Assembly (NCBI GenBank): GCA_035193785.1
Contig: CP136572.1
Location: 1,812,578-1,876,577, forward strand
Reading direction: 5' to 3'
Length of the DNA: 64,000 nt
Origin: Planktothrix sp. GU0601_MAG3
Lineage (GTDB): Bacteria; Cyanobacteriota; Cyanobacteriia; Cyanobacteriales; Microcoleaceae
Part shown: positions 50,142 to 60,894 of the stretch, one piece after another
How the letters are laid out: every line of letters begins with the position of its first letter
Numbering within the stretch: the stretch's first letter is position 1
Made by a program: the position numbers and the translations under genes
The notes under the pieces: model-generated
Database searches by the model: none
Seen by the model: the letters and a program-made list of their open reading frames with translations, nothing else
Told to the model about the DNA's origin: nothing

Positions 50142-51288
50142 TTATGAATTAACGCCAACGGATTGCGATTTTTCTAAAGTAGGATAATCGGTATAACCTT
50201 TTTCTGTACCTCCATAAAATGAAGACCGATCATAGGGATTTAATGGCGCATTGATCTCAAAACGTTTCGGTAAATCGGGATTAGAAATAAATAACCGCCC
50301 ATAGGCAATTAGATCGGCATTTCCAGAAGCGATCGCTTGATTTCCACTCTCTCGATTATGGGCTCCGGCGGAGATAATTGCCCCCTTAAAATAGTTACGG
50401 AAAAATCCAGAACTTAATTCGGCTAAAGGAATTTCTGCTTGATCTATTTTTGCCCAATTATTCAGGGCATCGGCATTTGATCGCGGTTCAACAATATGTA
50501 AATAAGCCAGATTAAATTGATTTAAAGCATTAGCTACATAACTAAAGGTTGCTACGGGATTAGAATCTGAGACACTATTAAATGTACCCGCCGGAGATAG
50601 TCTCACCCCGACGCGATCGCTTCCCCAAACACCTACCACCGCCCTCGTTACTTCTAATAAAAACCGAGTTCTATTTTCAAGTGTACCACCATACCGATCG
50701 GTGCGTTTGTTAGTGCCATCTTGAAGAAATTGATCTAATAAATAGCCATTAGCACTATGGATTTCCACCCCATCAAAACCCGCATTTAAAGCGTTTTCCG
50801 CCGCCTTGCGATAGTCTTCTACGATCCCAGGAATTTCCTCGGTTTCCAGAGCCCGGGGGGTAACAAAGGGTTTTTCCCCTTCTAGGGTACTGGCGGTTCC
50901 TTCGGGGGCGATGGCGGAGGGGGCTACGGGTAAGGCTCCATTGGGTTGTAGCAAGGGATGGGAAATCCGGCCAACGTGCCAGAGTTGTAGGAAAATCCGG
51001 CCTCCCTGTTGGTGAAACTGCTTTGGTTACGAGTTTCCAGCCTTGGGTCTGTTCGGCTGAATGAATCCCAGGTGTGCCTGGGTAGCCTACTCCCTGGGGG
51101 GAAATTTGGGTGGCTTCAGAAATTATTAATCCCGCCGAGGCCCGTTGTCCATAATATTCGGCGTTGAGGGGGACGGGGACGTTTCCGGCTCCGGCGCGGT
51201 TTCGGGTTAGTGGGGCCATCACAAGGCGGTTTGGTAAGGTATAGCGACCCAATTGGAAGGAGGAAAATAGGTTGAATTGACTGTTCAT
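50142..51288 (-). CDS. Old yellow enzyme family alkene reductase (NemA/XenB-like), ~381 aa after correcting 1 insertion
   Basis: ORFs 50773-51288 (VMAPLTR, QRASAGLIISEAT) and 50142-50954 (GFDGVEIHSANGYLLDQF, VGVRLSP, FYGG...GYTDYP). Confidence 0.92.
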
Positions 51289-51320
51289 TATGTTTTTTTG
51301 CCCCAGGGTTGGTTTAGTAG

Positions 51321-51370
51321 TTAAATAACTGTTTAATTGTTAGAATAAGACATTTCTCCCAAAAAGTCAA
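51321..51370 (-). promoter_or_regulatory. Sigma70-type promoter of the alkene reductase with an overlapping palindromic operator candidate
   Basis: Minus strand TTGACT (51370-51365), 17-nt spacer, TATTCT (51347-51342). Imperfect palindrome TTAAATAACTGTTTAA (51321-51336) sits at the predicted start site. Confidence 0.6.
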
Positions 51371-51482
51371 GCGGTTGTTAAACTATTTAAGTTTGGGTTC
51401 CCAGGGGTTAGAATGGGGATAATACAGCATCCGTGTCAAGTGGTTGATACCGATGGAAATATGGCCCTACTTTAAAACCATT

Positions 51483-51812
51483 ATGTCCGACTCCTGCGAA
51501 AATCTCGATACCTATTCACCTTTAACCGTAACTATCAGTGATACGGAGAAACGAGCTAAAATCTTTGCTGCTTTGGGTGATCCAACGAGATTGCGAATAA
51601 TTGAGATGTTAGCACGGCAAAAGGAAATGAGTGGCTCTGAGGTGGCATCCCAGGCCGGAATTAGTTTGGCTTTGTTTTGTCACCATTCTAAAATCTTAGC
51701 AGAAGCGGGATTAATTCAAATTAGAAAAGACGGACAAACCAAGTATAATTCGATTAATTGGAATGTCTTGGAGGGGTGTTTTCAAGGGTTAATGCGGTCG
51801 GAATCAAAATAG
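51483..51812 (+). CDS. ArsR/SmtB family transcriptional regulator (upstream starts at 51444/51453 possible)
   Basis: FAALGDPTRLRII...HHSKILAEAGLI winged-helix signature; divergent from the alkene reductase. Confidence 0.88.
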   Translation: MSDSCENLDTYSPLTVTISDTEKRAKIFAALGDPTRLRIIEMLARQKEMSGSEVASQAGISLALFCHHSKILAEAGLIQIRKDGQTKYNSINWNVLEGCFQGLMRSESK

Positions 51813-51824
51813 GAGTAATAAGGC

Positions 51825-53108
51825 TTACGGCTCAAGGATCACGACGCGGCTTATTTCCTGTTCCTTGCCATAACTGATTTCCTGATATAAAGGCAAGGTA
51901 ATGATAAAATCACTTCCCTCTCCCACCTCAGAAGTACAGGTTAGGGTTCCCCGATGTTTATCAACAATAATAGCATAGGTGATTGCTAATCCTAAACCCG
52001 TACCTTGTCCCACAGGTTTTGTGGTAAAAAACTGGTCAAAACTGCGACGGAGAACTTCCGGGGACATCCCAATTCCATTGTCACCAATATCAATCATTAA
52101 TTGGGATTTATCGGTGTTGGGTTCAATTTTAATAGTAATTTTGGGGACAAATTCCTCCTCTGGGATGGGTTGATTTTTTAACATTGTGACCTTACTCTCG
52201 ATCGCATCAATAGCATTATTAAATAAGTGAATAAAAACCTGATTAATTTCACTAGCATAGCATTCAATAGTCGATAATTTATCGTAGTCTCGAATCACTT
52301 GAATTTCAGGACGATGGGAAGTCGGTTTGAAGCGATGACTTAACAGCATTAATGTACTTTCAATTCCTTCTCTGAGGTCTACGGTTTTTAATTGTGCTTC
52401 ATCCAGTCGAGAAAATACTCGCAATGATCGCACTAAATCTCGAATTCGATTTGCTCCCACCTCCATTGAGGATAAAAGGTGGGGAAGGTCATTTTTCAAA
52501 AATTCCAAATCAATTTCTTCAGACCACTGTTCAAGTTCAGGAATATTCGGTGGGAGATACTGTTCATAAAGTTTAATGGTTTTCAGTAAATCTCCTACAT
52601 ATTGTTGAGCATAAAAGATATTTCCGTAAATAAAATTAATCGGATTATTAATTTCATGGGCGACACCCCCGACTAACTGACCCAAAGAAGACATTTTTTC
52701 TGTTTGAATTAACTGAAGCTGCATTTTTCTTAATTGTAAATGCACATTAATTCGAGCTAATACTTCTTCCGGTTCGATGGGTTTAGTAATATAATCTACC
52801 CCGCCAACTTCTAACCCTTTTACTTTGTTCACCAAGTCACTCAAAGCCGTCATAAAAATCACGGGAATATCCTTAGTTTTAGGATTGTCCTTTAACTGAC
52901 GGCAAGTTTCAAACCCATCAATTCCCGGCATCATCACATCTAATAAAATTAAATCTGGTAAAGTTTCTTGAAGTTTTATTAAAGCATTTTCCCCACTTTT
53001 GGCAATGGAAACTCTAAAGCCAGATTGATTTAAAATATCCAATAATAATTTAACATTCGTTAGATTATCATCAACAATTAAAATAGAATAGGAATGGGAA
53101 TTTTTCAT
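51825..53108 (-). CDS. Cytoplasmic hybrid response regulator / histidine kinase (REC-HisKA-HATPase)
   Basis: N-terminal REC (IVDD, LLDVMMP, KP), H-box GVAHEINNP, NNAIDA, DNGIG, FFTTKPVGQGTGLGL. Confidence 0.92.
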   Translation of the reverse strand: MKNSHSYSILIVDDNLTNVKLLLDILNQSGFRVSIAKSGENALIKLQETLPDLILLDVMMPGIDGFETCRQLKDNPKTKDIPVIFMTALSDLVNKVKGLEVGGVDYITKPIEPEEVLARINVHLQLRKMQLQLIQTEKMSSLGQLVGGVAHEINNPINFIYGNIFYAQQYVGDLLKTIKLYEQYLPPNIPELEQWSEEIDLEFLKNDLPHLLSSMEVGANRIRDLVRSLRVFSRLDEAQLKTVDLREGIESTLMLLSHRFKPTSHRPEIQVIRDYDKLSTIECYASEINQVFIHLFNNAIDAIESKVTMLKNQPIPEEEFVPKITIKIEPNTDKSQLMIDIGDNGIGMSPEVLRRSFDQFFTTKPVGQGTGLGLAITYAIIVDKHRGTLTCTSEVGEGSDFIITLPLYQEISYGKEQEISRVVILEP

Positions 53109-53114
53109 GAATTA

Positions 53115-55891
53115 TTAATTATTAATATAAGGTTGAATAAATTGGATAATCTGTTCATCATCAAAGGCTTCAGCCAATTGAATCATATAATCGGCAAAAG
53201 CAGTATATTGAATATCTAACTGTTTAATCCGATTTGCTTCACTTTGAATGTCTAAAATGTAACCTCCCTTGGCAAAATCATACAAGCTAATCAATTCTTG
53301 AGAGGGAGGAATAATTAAGGAATTAACGGAAACAGGTGTTTTTGAGTGGTCTATTATTGGTTCTGAATTTTCATAAATCCAAGTTAATTTTAACTTTTCT
53401 TGTAGTTGACTGAATAAAATTTCCTCTTGTATGGGTTTGGCCAAAAAACCATTGCAACCCGCCTTTAAACATTCTTCCTGATCCGCACTAAATACGGAAG
53501 CGGAGGAAGCAATAATTACCAGATCGGAAAATTCGGGATCAGTTCTTAATTTTCGAGTCATGTCTAACCCTCCCAAAATGGGCATATTTAAGTCCGTAAT
53601 AATTATATCAGGATACCATTCACGCACTTTTTCTAACCCTTCTTGTCCTTGGGTGGCTTCAATGACTTCAAAACCAAGGGGTTTCTAACAAATTAACCAG
53701 AACAGATCTATTTTCCCAGCGATCATCTACAACTAAGATAATCTTTTTTTCTCCTTGATAACCGATCATTTTTCGTGAAGTTCCAATTTTCCTAATCGGT
53801 TGATCTTTGGCAATGGGTAAATTGACATCAAACCAGAATTTACTCCCAACTCCTGGAATACTTTGAACATTAATCTTGCCCGCCATCATCTCCACAATTT
53901 GATGACTAATGGCTAATCCTAATCCCGTACCTTCAGCTTTACGGGAGTGTTCTCCCACCTGTTCAAAGGGTAAAAATATTTTTTTAATTTGTTCTGTATT
54001 CATCCCGACTCCGGTATCCTCAACTTGAAATCTTATCTTATATATTGTGATGGAATCAGATTCTATTAATTCCGATAAAACCTGAACTTGAAAACAAACT
54101 GACCCGGTATCAGTAAATTTAATGGCATTACCTAATAGATTTAATAAAACTTGACGCAACCGCTTTTCATCCCCATGAATAACCCTAGGTAAAGGAGTTA
54201 AAATTTGATAATTAAATTCTAATTCTTTTTGTTCGGCTTTTAAGCGACAAACTTCACTAATTCCCCATAAACAATTTTCTAAATTAAAATCTAAGGGATA
54301 GAGTTCTAGTTTCCTGGCTTCGATTTTAGAAAAATCTAAAATATCATTAATTAGAGTTAATAAATGAGAACCACATTCATAAATAATATGGAGTCCTTGG
54401 AGATGTTTGGGAGTTAGATTTGGTTGCCGTTGTAGAATTTGAGCATAGCCTAAAATTCCATTTAAGGGAGTGCGGAGTTCATGGCTCATATTAGCCAAAA
54501 ATTCACTTTTAGATTGGTTAGCAGATTCTGCTTCTTCCTTGGCGGCTTGGAGTTGGGCGGTGCGTTCTTCTACCCGTTGTTCTAAAGTTTCATTGGAAGT
54601 GGCTAAAATAGTGAATGATTGCTGTAATTGTTGAGCCATTAGGTTAAAAGAATCTCCCAAAGTTATGATTTCTTTAATACCTTTGATCCTAATTTTTTGT
54701 CTGAGGTTGCCATTGGCAATTTCCTTAGAAGCAATACTCAAACGCATAATTTTTTGCGTAATCCAATGGGAGGTTAATAATCCAAATAGTACGGCAACTC
54801 CTACAGCAATCAAACAAAGAATAACGGTTTTTTGAGTATTGGCATTAATTTGACCCATGAAATCAGATTCGGGAATCACCACCACAATTAGCCAATCCAA
54901 ACCCCAAGGATCTTTCCAAGGACTAATTTTAACAAATTGATCTTGATTATTAATGGAAATTTGTAAAGAATGCTCCTCAACTATGGAGCCAACCTGACCT
55001 AATTTTTGAGTTAAAGCCTTAAAAGTTTCTCGAATAATGACATCTTGACTTTCCGCTGCACTGAGCCGTTTTGCCACACCCTCTACCATTTTATAAGGCG
55101 GTTTGGAGGATGAAACTAGCCACCAAAAGTCCATTCCTTTCTAAAATAAAGGTATGTCCAGATTCCCCCATGTTTAAATTTTTTAAAAACCCACTAATTT
55201 GCGATAAACGTAAATTAGAAACCAGAACGGCGATTAAATCATTTTGAGCATTATAGAGGGGATAACTCGCAGAAATAGAAATAATATCAGGAAAATTATC
55301 CCAGTGATAAATTTGACTCCAAATCGGTTTTTTTGCCTTAATTGCATCGGTATAGGCGGCTTCACTGCGAGGATTATAGTCATCATAGGAGACCATCAAT
55401 TGAGTCCGATTGCCCTGGGCATCTGTGGCGTAGGTATTGGCTCGACCTTCGGTTTTAGGAGAAAGTTCATCAATAGTAGCCTTATTCACATCTAAAAAAT
55501 ATCCGGCTCCGGCATATTCTCCCGAGGGTAATACATAATAAACATAACCCACATCAAAGGCTTGAAGTTGTTTCCAAAAATACTGACTAACCTGTGGAAA
55601 ATTTTGCAGATCCAAGAGTCCTAATTTCACCGCATCTGCATTAATTTGATTGATTTTATGGGGTGTAGAAAGATAATTATTTAAGTGTTGTTCCACCCGG
55701 GAACTGATTTCATTTTCGATTTCTTGGGCTAGTTCCTTAATCGCTTTTTCTCCATGACGGAAGGCTAACCAACCTGTTAAACCGACAGCAATAGAAATTT
55801 CTAATAAAAAGGGAATAACCAGCACCCAACTCAGGGGTATTCCTGGGGATTTATGCGCTCTACGAAACAGGGGAAATAATGATAATCTCAT
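53115..55891 (-). CDS. Membrane hybrid sensor histidine kinase (Cache-like sensor, HAMP, HisKA, HATPase, REC), ~924 aa after correcting 2 insertions
   Basis: ORFs 55091-55897, 53668-55134 ([20 protein letters not shown]) and 53115-53627 (REC, TDLNMP); paralogous in layout to 45887-48704. Confidence 0.88.
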
Positions 55892-55944
55892 ATTCAATTG
55901 GGTGGTAATTTTAGGAGCAAACTGGAGTCATAAAAACAGTTAGC

Positions 55945-56511
55945 TTAAGGAGAATTTTGCCATTCTGGTGTTAAGCTGCGAAAGTCAAATTGCGATGCAC
56001 CCGGATGACAACTCACACAACTATTCACCGTCAGACGTTGGGAAAGATCAACCCGAGGATGGAGGGCTTTAAAATAACGAGAACGATTAAAAAGATAGGG
56101 GATGGTCTCATCCTTGAAAGCAATGGGACGGGAATAGGTTTGGAGATATTTCCACATTAATAATAATGATGGCCCCTCCAAGGGTTGCAGCGTCGCACCA
56201 TAATGTTGTCGATCTTGAATTACCTGCTGCCAAGTTTGGGTGGGAAATACCTGGGGTGGGATAGCAATATGACAGTTGGAACAGGTGTTAAGATAAAGTT
56301 CATGTCCGAGTGCTGTTCTAGGTGGGATATTGTCCACACTCGCGATTTGACTTATTTGGGAAACCTGGTTTCTGTTGGGGGAAACAGCATTCAGGGTTTG
56401 TGCCATACCCAAGGCAATACCGATACTCCAGATACCGACTATTAGAATTAATACCCAGGAAGGAGAGCCTCCCTTTTGTTTTTGAATTCTGTTTTGACTT
56501 AAAAAACCCAT
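55945..56511 (-). CDS. Diheme cytochrome c family protein with N-terminal membrane anchor/signal (track start 56523)
   Basis: Two CxxCH motifs (CSNCH, CVSCH), TWQQVIQDRQHYG and YFKALHP segments, hydrophobic N-terminal stretch. Confidence 0.8.
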   Translation of the reverse strand: MGFLSQNRIQKQKGGSPSWVLILIVGIWSIGIALGMAQTLNAVSPNRNQVSQISQIASVDNIPPRTALGHELYLNTCSNCHIAIPPQVFPTQTWQQVIQDRQHYGATLQPLEGPSLLLMWKYLQTYSRPIAFKDETIPYLFNRSRYFKALHPRVDLSQRLTVNSCVSCHPGASQFDFRSLTPEWQNSP

Positions 56512-56583
56512 AACTAAGACCAATTATCTGGCAACACCACTGAAATCCTAGCTCAGATTCGTACTGTCTTTGGAGAATTTCAG

Positions 56584-57493
56584 TTAATCTAAGTTGAGGA
56601 TCATCCCTTCGCGGGCAACAATACCATTGGGAAAAACAGCCTGAACCTGGACTTCAATTTGATTCAACATTTCATCGGTATGGGATGGATCATGTTGATA
56701 CATAACCACCTGCTTGACTCCGGCTTTTTTGGCGACTTCTACGCCCATTTCCCAGGTGGAATGTCCCCAACCAATTCTAGGCAATTGGTGATTGTGATAT
56801 TCTTCGTTGGTATAGGTGGCATCATAAATAAAAACATCCGCTTCCCTAGCTAGACGTAAAACATTGGTATCAAAGCGGTCGGGAAAATGTTCGGTGTCGG
56901 TACAATAAACCGCCGTCTTTCCTTGCCAAGTAACTCGATATCCTACCGCCCCATTGGGATGATTCAGAGGGGCAGTTTCAATTTTGATATCATCTAAAGT
57001 TAATGTATCCCCCGGAAATAGGTCATAGAACCTCATGTCCGACTGCATGACATGGATGGGGACGGGAAAATTGGGGTGAAACCATCTGATCACAGAGACG
57101 ATCTTTGATGGTACTGCCATCCGGTGCGATCGCCCCGTAAATATGAAAGCGATTAATCGGAATAAAAGCGGGAACAAAAAAGGGAAATCCCTGGATATGA
57201 TCCCAATGGGTATGGGAAAAAAACATATAGGCTTCCACGGGCATTTGTTTGAGCAAATCCATTCCCAAGACTCTCAATCCGGTACCCGCATCAAAAATTA
57301 GGCGTTTTTCACCTAAGCGCATTTCCACACAGGAAGTGTTCCCCCCGTATTCAACCGTTTGCGATCCAGGCGTGGGTATACTGCCCCGCACCCCCCAGAA
57401 TCTTACGGAAAAATCAGTTGCAGAGTTCTTGTCCATGGGGGTTGCTTGATCAGAAGAATGTGGGTTCTGGGCTGGAGGATCAGAAACTGGCAT
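56584..57493 (-). CDS. Metallo-beta-lactamase fold hydrolase (RNase Z / phosphodiesterase-like), ~302 aa after correcting 1 insertion
   Basis: FWGVRGSIP, GGNTSC, DAGTG, SHTHWDHIQG, HPNG, TDTEH, DATY, GWGHS and HDP motifs across ORFs 57023-57493 and 56584-57177. Confidence 0.88.
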
Positions 57494-57790
57494 TGTTTGT
57501 TTTAGCCTTGGACGTAGAACGTTGACTTAACCGACACCAACATCAAGTGAAGTGTCAGCCTGGGCTTTGAATGGCCCTGTATTCTTTCGGGGACTCCCCT
57601 GCGCCCTAAAGAGCATATTCAATTTCTTTATTTCTATCCGCCCTCAGAGTCAAAGGGTTTCAAGATTCCCTGATTTTTTAAGCAAGTTAGTTAGGGGGAG
57701 TGCCATGTTGTACTGCGGGTATATTCGGCAGTACAGATGGGTCAACAACCTGTTGCATTCTATCACGGAGCTAAACTAGCTAAACTAATT

Positions 57791-58150
57791 TTAGCCTCGA
57801 ATTTCCACAATGCAATTATTCTCATTCACGAAGACCAATCTAGGTTGATGATTAGTTGCTTCCTCGGTCTGGAATTGTGCATAGGACATCACAATTAAGC
57901 GATCGCCCACAACACCTAAACGAGCGGCGGCACCATTTAATTCGATCGCCCCGGAGTTGGCCATACCTGGAATCACATAGGTAATAAACCTTTCTCCGTT
58001 AGCCACATTTACGACGTGTACCTGTTCATTAACCAAGATTCCAGCCGCATCGAGTAGGGATTGATCAATGGTGATACTGCCCACATAGTTAACATTGGCT
58101 GCGGTCAGAGTACAGTTATGAATCTTAGCGGTTAGTAGTGTTCGGTACAT
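57791..58150 (-). CDS. panD: Aspartate 1-decarboxylase
   Basis: [12 protein letters not shown] (Gly-Ser self-cleavage site), [14 protein letters not shown]; likely start MYRTLL at 58150. Confidence 0.95.
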   Translation of the reverse strand: MYRTLLTAKIHNCTLTAANVNYVGSITIDQSLLDAAGILVNEQVHVVNVANGERFITYVIPGMANSGAIELNGAAARLGVVGDRLIVMSYAQFQTEEATNHQPRLVFVNENNCIVEIRG

Positions 58151-58158
58151 CTTAAACA

Positions 58159-58251
58159 ATTATGAATTACGAATTAATAATTACGATAAGACAAAATTCG
58201 TAATTCGTAATTCGTAACTCGTAATTAATTTCGTAATTTGTAATTCATAAT
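58159..58251. repeat. Inverted arrays of heptamer repeats (ATTACGA)n / (TCGTAAT)n
   Basis: Left arm TATGAATTACGAATTAATAATTACGA; right arm TTCGTAATTCGTAATTCGTAACTCGTAAT...TTCATAA. Can fold into a long hairpin in the ppa-panD gap. Confidence 0.8.
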
Positions 58252-58767
58252 TTACTGCTTACTGGCTGCTTTAATCCCTTTTTCTACCAGGGGTGCAACC
58301 TGATCCACATCCTGCCAACCCAGAATTTCAGTGACTTTCCGTTCTAGGTTTTTGTAGGTTCGGAAAAATTCAGCAATTTCTTCTAGGCGATGATGGGGAA
58401 TATCTTTTAGAGATTTTACATCGGCGTAGCGGGGGTCGGCTGCGGGAACACAAAGAATTTTTTCATCTCGATCGCCACCATCGATCATTTCTAACATTCC
58501 AACGGGTCGGGCTGCAATCACACATCCGGGAAAGGTGGGTTGATCCATAATTACCAAACCATCTAAGGGGTCTCCGTCGTCCCCGAGGGTATTGGGAATG
58601 AAGCCATAATCAAAGGGATATTGGACGGAGGCAAACAGTACACGATCAAGGGCAAAGGCTTGTAACTCTTTATCGTATTCGTATTTGTTTTTGCTTCCGG
58701 CGGGAATCTCAATCAAAACGTTAATTAAACCCGGTTTGGGTTGGGGCGCAATCTTCGATAAATCCAC
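58252..58767 (-). CDS. ppa: Soluble inorganic pyrophosphatase (family I)
   Basis: [44 protein letters not shown]; probable GTG start at 58767 with GGAG upstream. Confidence 0.95.
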   Translation of the reverse strand: MDLSKIAPQPKPGLINVLIEIPAGSKNKYEYDKELQAFALDRVLFASVQYPFDYGFIPNTLGDDGDPLDGLVIMDQPTFPGCVIAARPVGMLEMIDGGDRDEKILCVPAADPRYADVKSLKDIPHHRLEEIAEFFRTYKNLERKVTEILGWQDVDQVAPLVEKGIKAASKQ

Positions 58768-58895
58768 GAATCGTTCTCCAAGCTTAGACAATCATTAACA
58801 TCGGGGAAAGCTCCCCTCTAACATTCTAAAGGGGATGGGGATTTCCTCCAAGGGGGTTGGGCTGTTTGTCACCGAGATCAATTCAGTATCCCCAT

Positions 58896-59537
58896 TTAAC
58901 CGACGCCGATTCCCCGACCATTTTGATTAAACTCTATCACCGTTTGCTCTGATAATTCATGGGTTGTCATAGCAGTTAAAATTTCTAAGGGTAAGGTTAA
59001 ATGATAGGCTCCCGCTTGTAGGGTGGCGGCGGCTTCCTGGGGGGATTTAATACTCGCGGCTAATATTTTAGTTGGACTTCCTGTTAATATCTGGTTCATC
59101 TCTTTAACTAATCCAATACCATCCCCTAATAATCGAGTTGCCCGATTTACATAGGCGATCGCATATTTTGCCCCCGCCTCCATCGCTACAGCAGCTTGGG
59201 CGGCACTATAAATCGCGGTAACAGAGCAGGGAATTTCAGGAGATAAATGGGCAACGGCTTGAAATCCTACGGAGGTCGCTGGAATTTTTAAAACTGTTTG
59301 TTCTCCCAGCAATTCAAAGGCTTTTTTTCCTTCTCTTACCATTCCCTGAAAATCCGATGCCATTAATTGATAATAGATTTCCCCGGAAATCAATTGTTTT
59401 AAATTTTTTAAGGTTTCTTCAGGAGATAATTCACTTTTAGCTAATAGGGTGGGATTAGTAGTAATTCCCTTCACCCATCCCCAATCTTTAACTATTTGTG
59501 CTTCCGAAATAATTGCTGAATCCAAATATAAAGCCAT
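58896..59537 (-). CDS. Transaldolase / fructose-6-phosphate aldolase family protein (short TalC/FSA type)
   Basis: YLDSA, GITTNPTL, VLKIP (Schiff-base Lys), YVNR, ILAASIK; 213 aa. Confidence 0.88.
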   Translation of the reverse strand: MALYLDSAIISEAQIVKDWGWVKGITTNPTLLAKSELSPEETLKNLKQLISGEIYYQLMASDFQGMVREGKKAFELLGEQTVLKIPATSVGFQAVAHLSPEIPCSVTAIYSAAQAAVAMEAGAKYAIAYVNRATRLLGDGIGLVKEMNQILTGSPTKILAASIKSPQEAAATLQAGAYHLTLPLEILTAMTTHELSEQTVIEFNQNGRGIGVG

Positions 59538-59580
59538 AGATTTAATTCTTTTTAGGTGTTGGTTTGTACATTACTGCTAG

Positions 59581-59604
59581 AGAGACGCGCCATGGCACGT
59601 CTCT
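59581..59604. repeat. REP-like cyanobacterial extragenic palindrome
   Basis: AGAGACGCGCCATGGCACGTCTCT, near-perfect palindrome (one mismatch) in an intergenic gap. Confidence 0.7.
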
Positions 59605-59609
59605 ACAAT

Positions 59610-60267
59610 TTATGACATTCCTTCAAATGGCCCTAAAAATGTCGGTTTAGGGCGAATAATATGCAGTTCTAGGATAGCTTTAATTACGGCTAAAATTTCC
59701 CTTTGGGTATAGAATCTCATGGAATCATTTCGGAATTTTCCCCAGTCCGGCGTACCTAAACCCACGGAGTCTATGCCCAAGTTATTACAGGTATAAACCG
59801 CCCGAGGAAGATGATATTTTTGAGTAATTAAAACCGCCTTTTCTATGCCAAAAATTGCCTTAGCTCGATAACAACTTTCATAGGTACTAAATCCAGCATA
59901 ATCTAATTTAATATCTTTATTGGGAACTCCCAAACGTTCTGCATATTGCTGCATCGCCACCACTTCATTATATTCGAGAGTGCCATTATCCCCCGTCATT
60001 AATATTTTGTTAACTCGCCCCAAACGATATAATTCCACCGCCCCTTCCACTCGATCTGCTAACATCGGTGTTGGGGTTTCCGTCCGCCCAAACTCCCGCC
60101 CCAAACACAATAGCTACGGGTTCATTGGGGACGGTTTCCGGTTGTGTAAATCGACGATTATTCGTAACGGTTTTAATATAAATCGTTAACAAAAAAGGGA
60201 CTAATACTGTTCCCAAAACCATTAATAAACCTAGAAAACGCCAGTGCAAGACAAACCATTTAGGCAT
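59610..60267 (-). CDS. SanA/YdcF (DUF218) family membrane-anchored protein, ~218 aa after correcting 1 insertion
   Basis: N-terminal TM helix, AIVFGAG, LMTGDNG...YNEVVAM, DYAGFSTYESCYRA, TQKYHLPRA, RE motif. Confidence 0.85.
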
Positions 60268-60330
60268 AAGATTGAAGTTGACTGTGGTAGAGATAAAGTT
60301 TGGCTTAGGAATAGGGTATCAGCAAAGCGG

Positions 60331-60894
60331 TTATTTTGACCTCAACGGAGAACCCAATTGGGTCAAATTCAAAACATAACCCCCCGTCACCAGATAAACG
60401 GAGTTCGCTATCGCCCCCAAATGACGCACTAACCCCCCCAAGCGATCGCGAAAGGTTCTGCCCATGGGATAGGCGGGAACCACTCCCCATCCTGTTTCTT
60501 CGGCCACTAAGATGATAGTTCCTGGAAGTTTATCTAATATTTTTAATAATTGATTTTGCGTTGTTTCCCAGGTTATTTGATCTTGCTCTAACAAATTAGC
60601 TAACCAAGTTCCCAAGGAATCTACTAAAATACAAGTATTTTGACTCGATATTTTTTCTAAGGTTACGGTTAAGTCTATCGGAACTTCTAAAATTTCCCAG
60701 GAAATCGGACGACGTTCTTGATGTTTTTGAATCCTGATTTGCCATTCTTGATCCGTTGAATCTAGTTGAGAAGTCGCAATATAAATCACTTGTTTTTCCG
60801 ACTTTATGGCTAAGGTTTCCGCCCATTCACTTTTCCCAGAACGGGCTGGGCCAGTTACTACAATTAATTCAGAAGGAATAATTAAAGAATTCAT
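60331..60894 (-). CDS. cobU: Bifunctional adenosylcobinamide kinase / adenosylcobinamide-phosphate guanylyltransferase
   Basis: VTGPARSGKSEWAE P-loop, YIAT, RIQKHQERRP, LVDSLGTW, EETGWGVVP, RTFRDRLG. Confidence 0.92.
   Translation of the reverse strand: MNSLIIPSELIVVTGPARSGKSEWAETLAIKSEKQVIYIATSQLDSTDQEWQIRIQKHQERRPISWEILEVPIDLTVTLEKISSQNTCILVDSLGTWLANLLEQDQITWETTQNQLLKILDKLPGTIILVAEETGWGVVPAYPMGRTFRDRLGGLVRHLGAIANSVYLVTGGYVLNLTQLGSPLRSK

Noticed and set aside
50142..51288. Alkene reductase as a microcystin tailoring or self-protection enzyme
   Set aside because: It is separated from mcyT by unrelated genes, has its own regulator and belongs to a widespread family; nothing beyond proximity supports the link.
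57530..57615. c-di-GMP-I or c-di-AMP riboswitch
   Set aside because: Only fragmentary resemblance (GAAAG, CAAAGCC); the conserved cores could not be aligned by eye.
57552..57779. 75-aa + strand ORF between the MBL hydrolase and panD
   Set aside because: GTG start without a clear RBS, no recognisable features, and it overlaps a probable leader/terminator region.
58159..58251. CRISPR array
   Set aside because: Units are 7 bp without unique spacers, and no cas genes are present.
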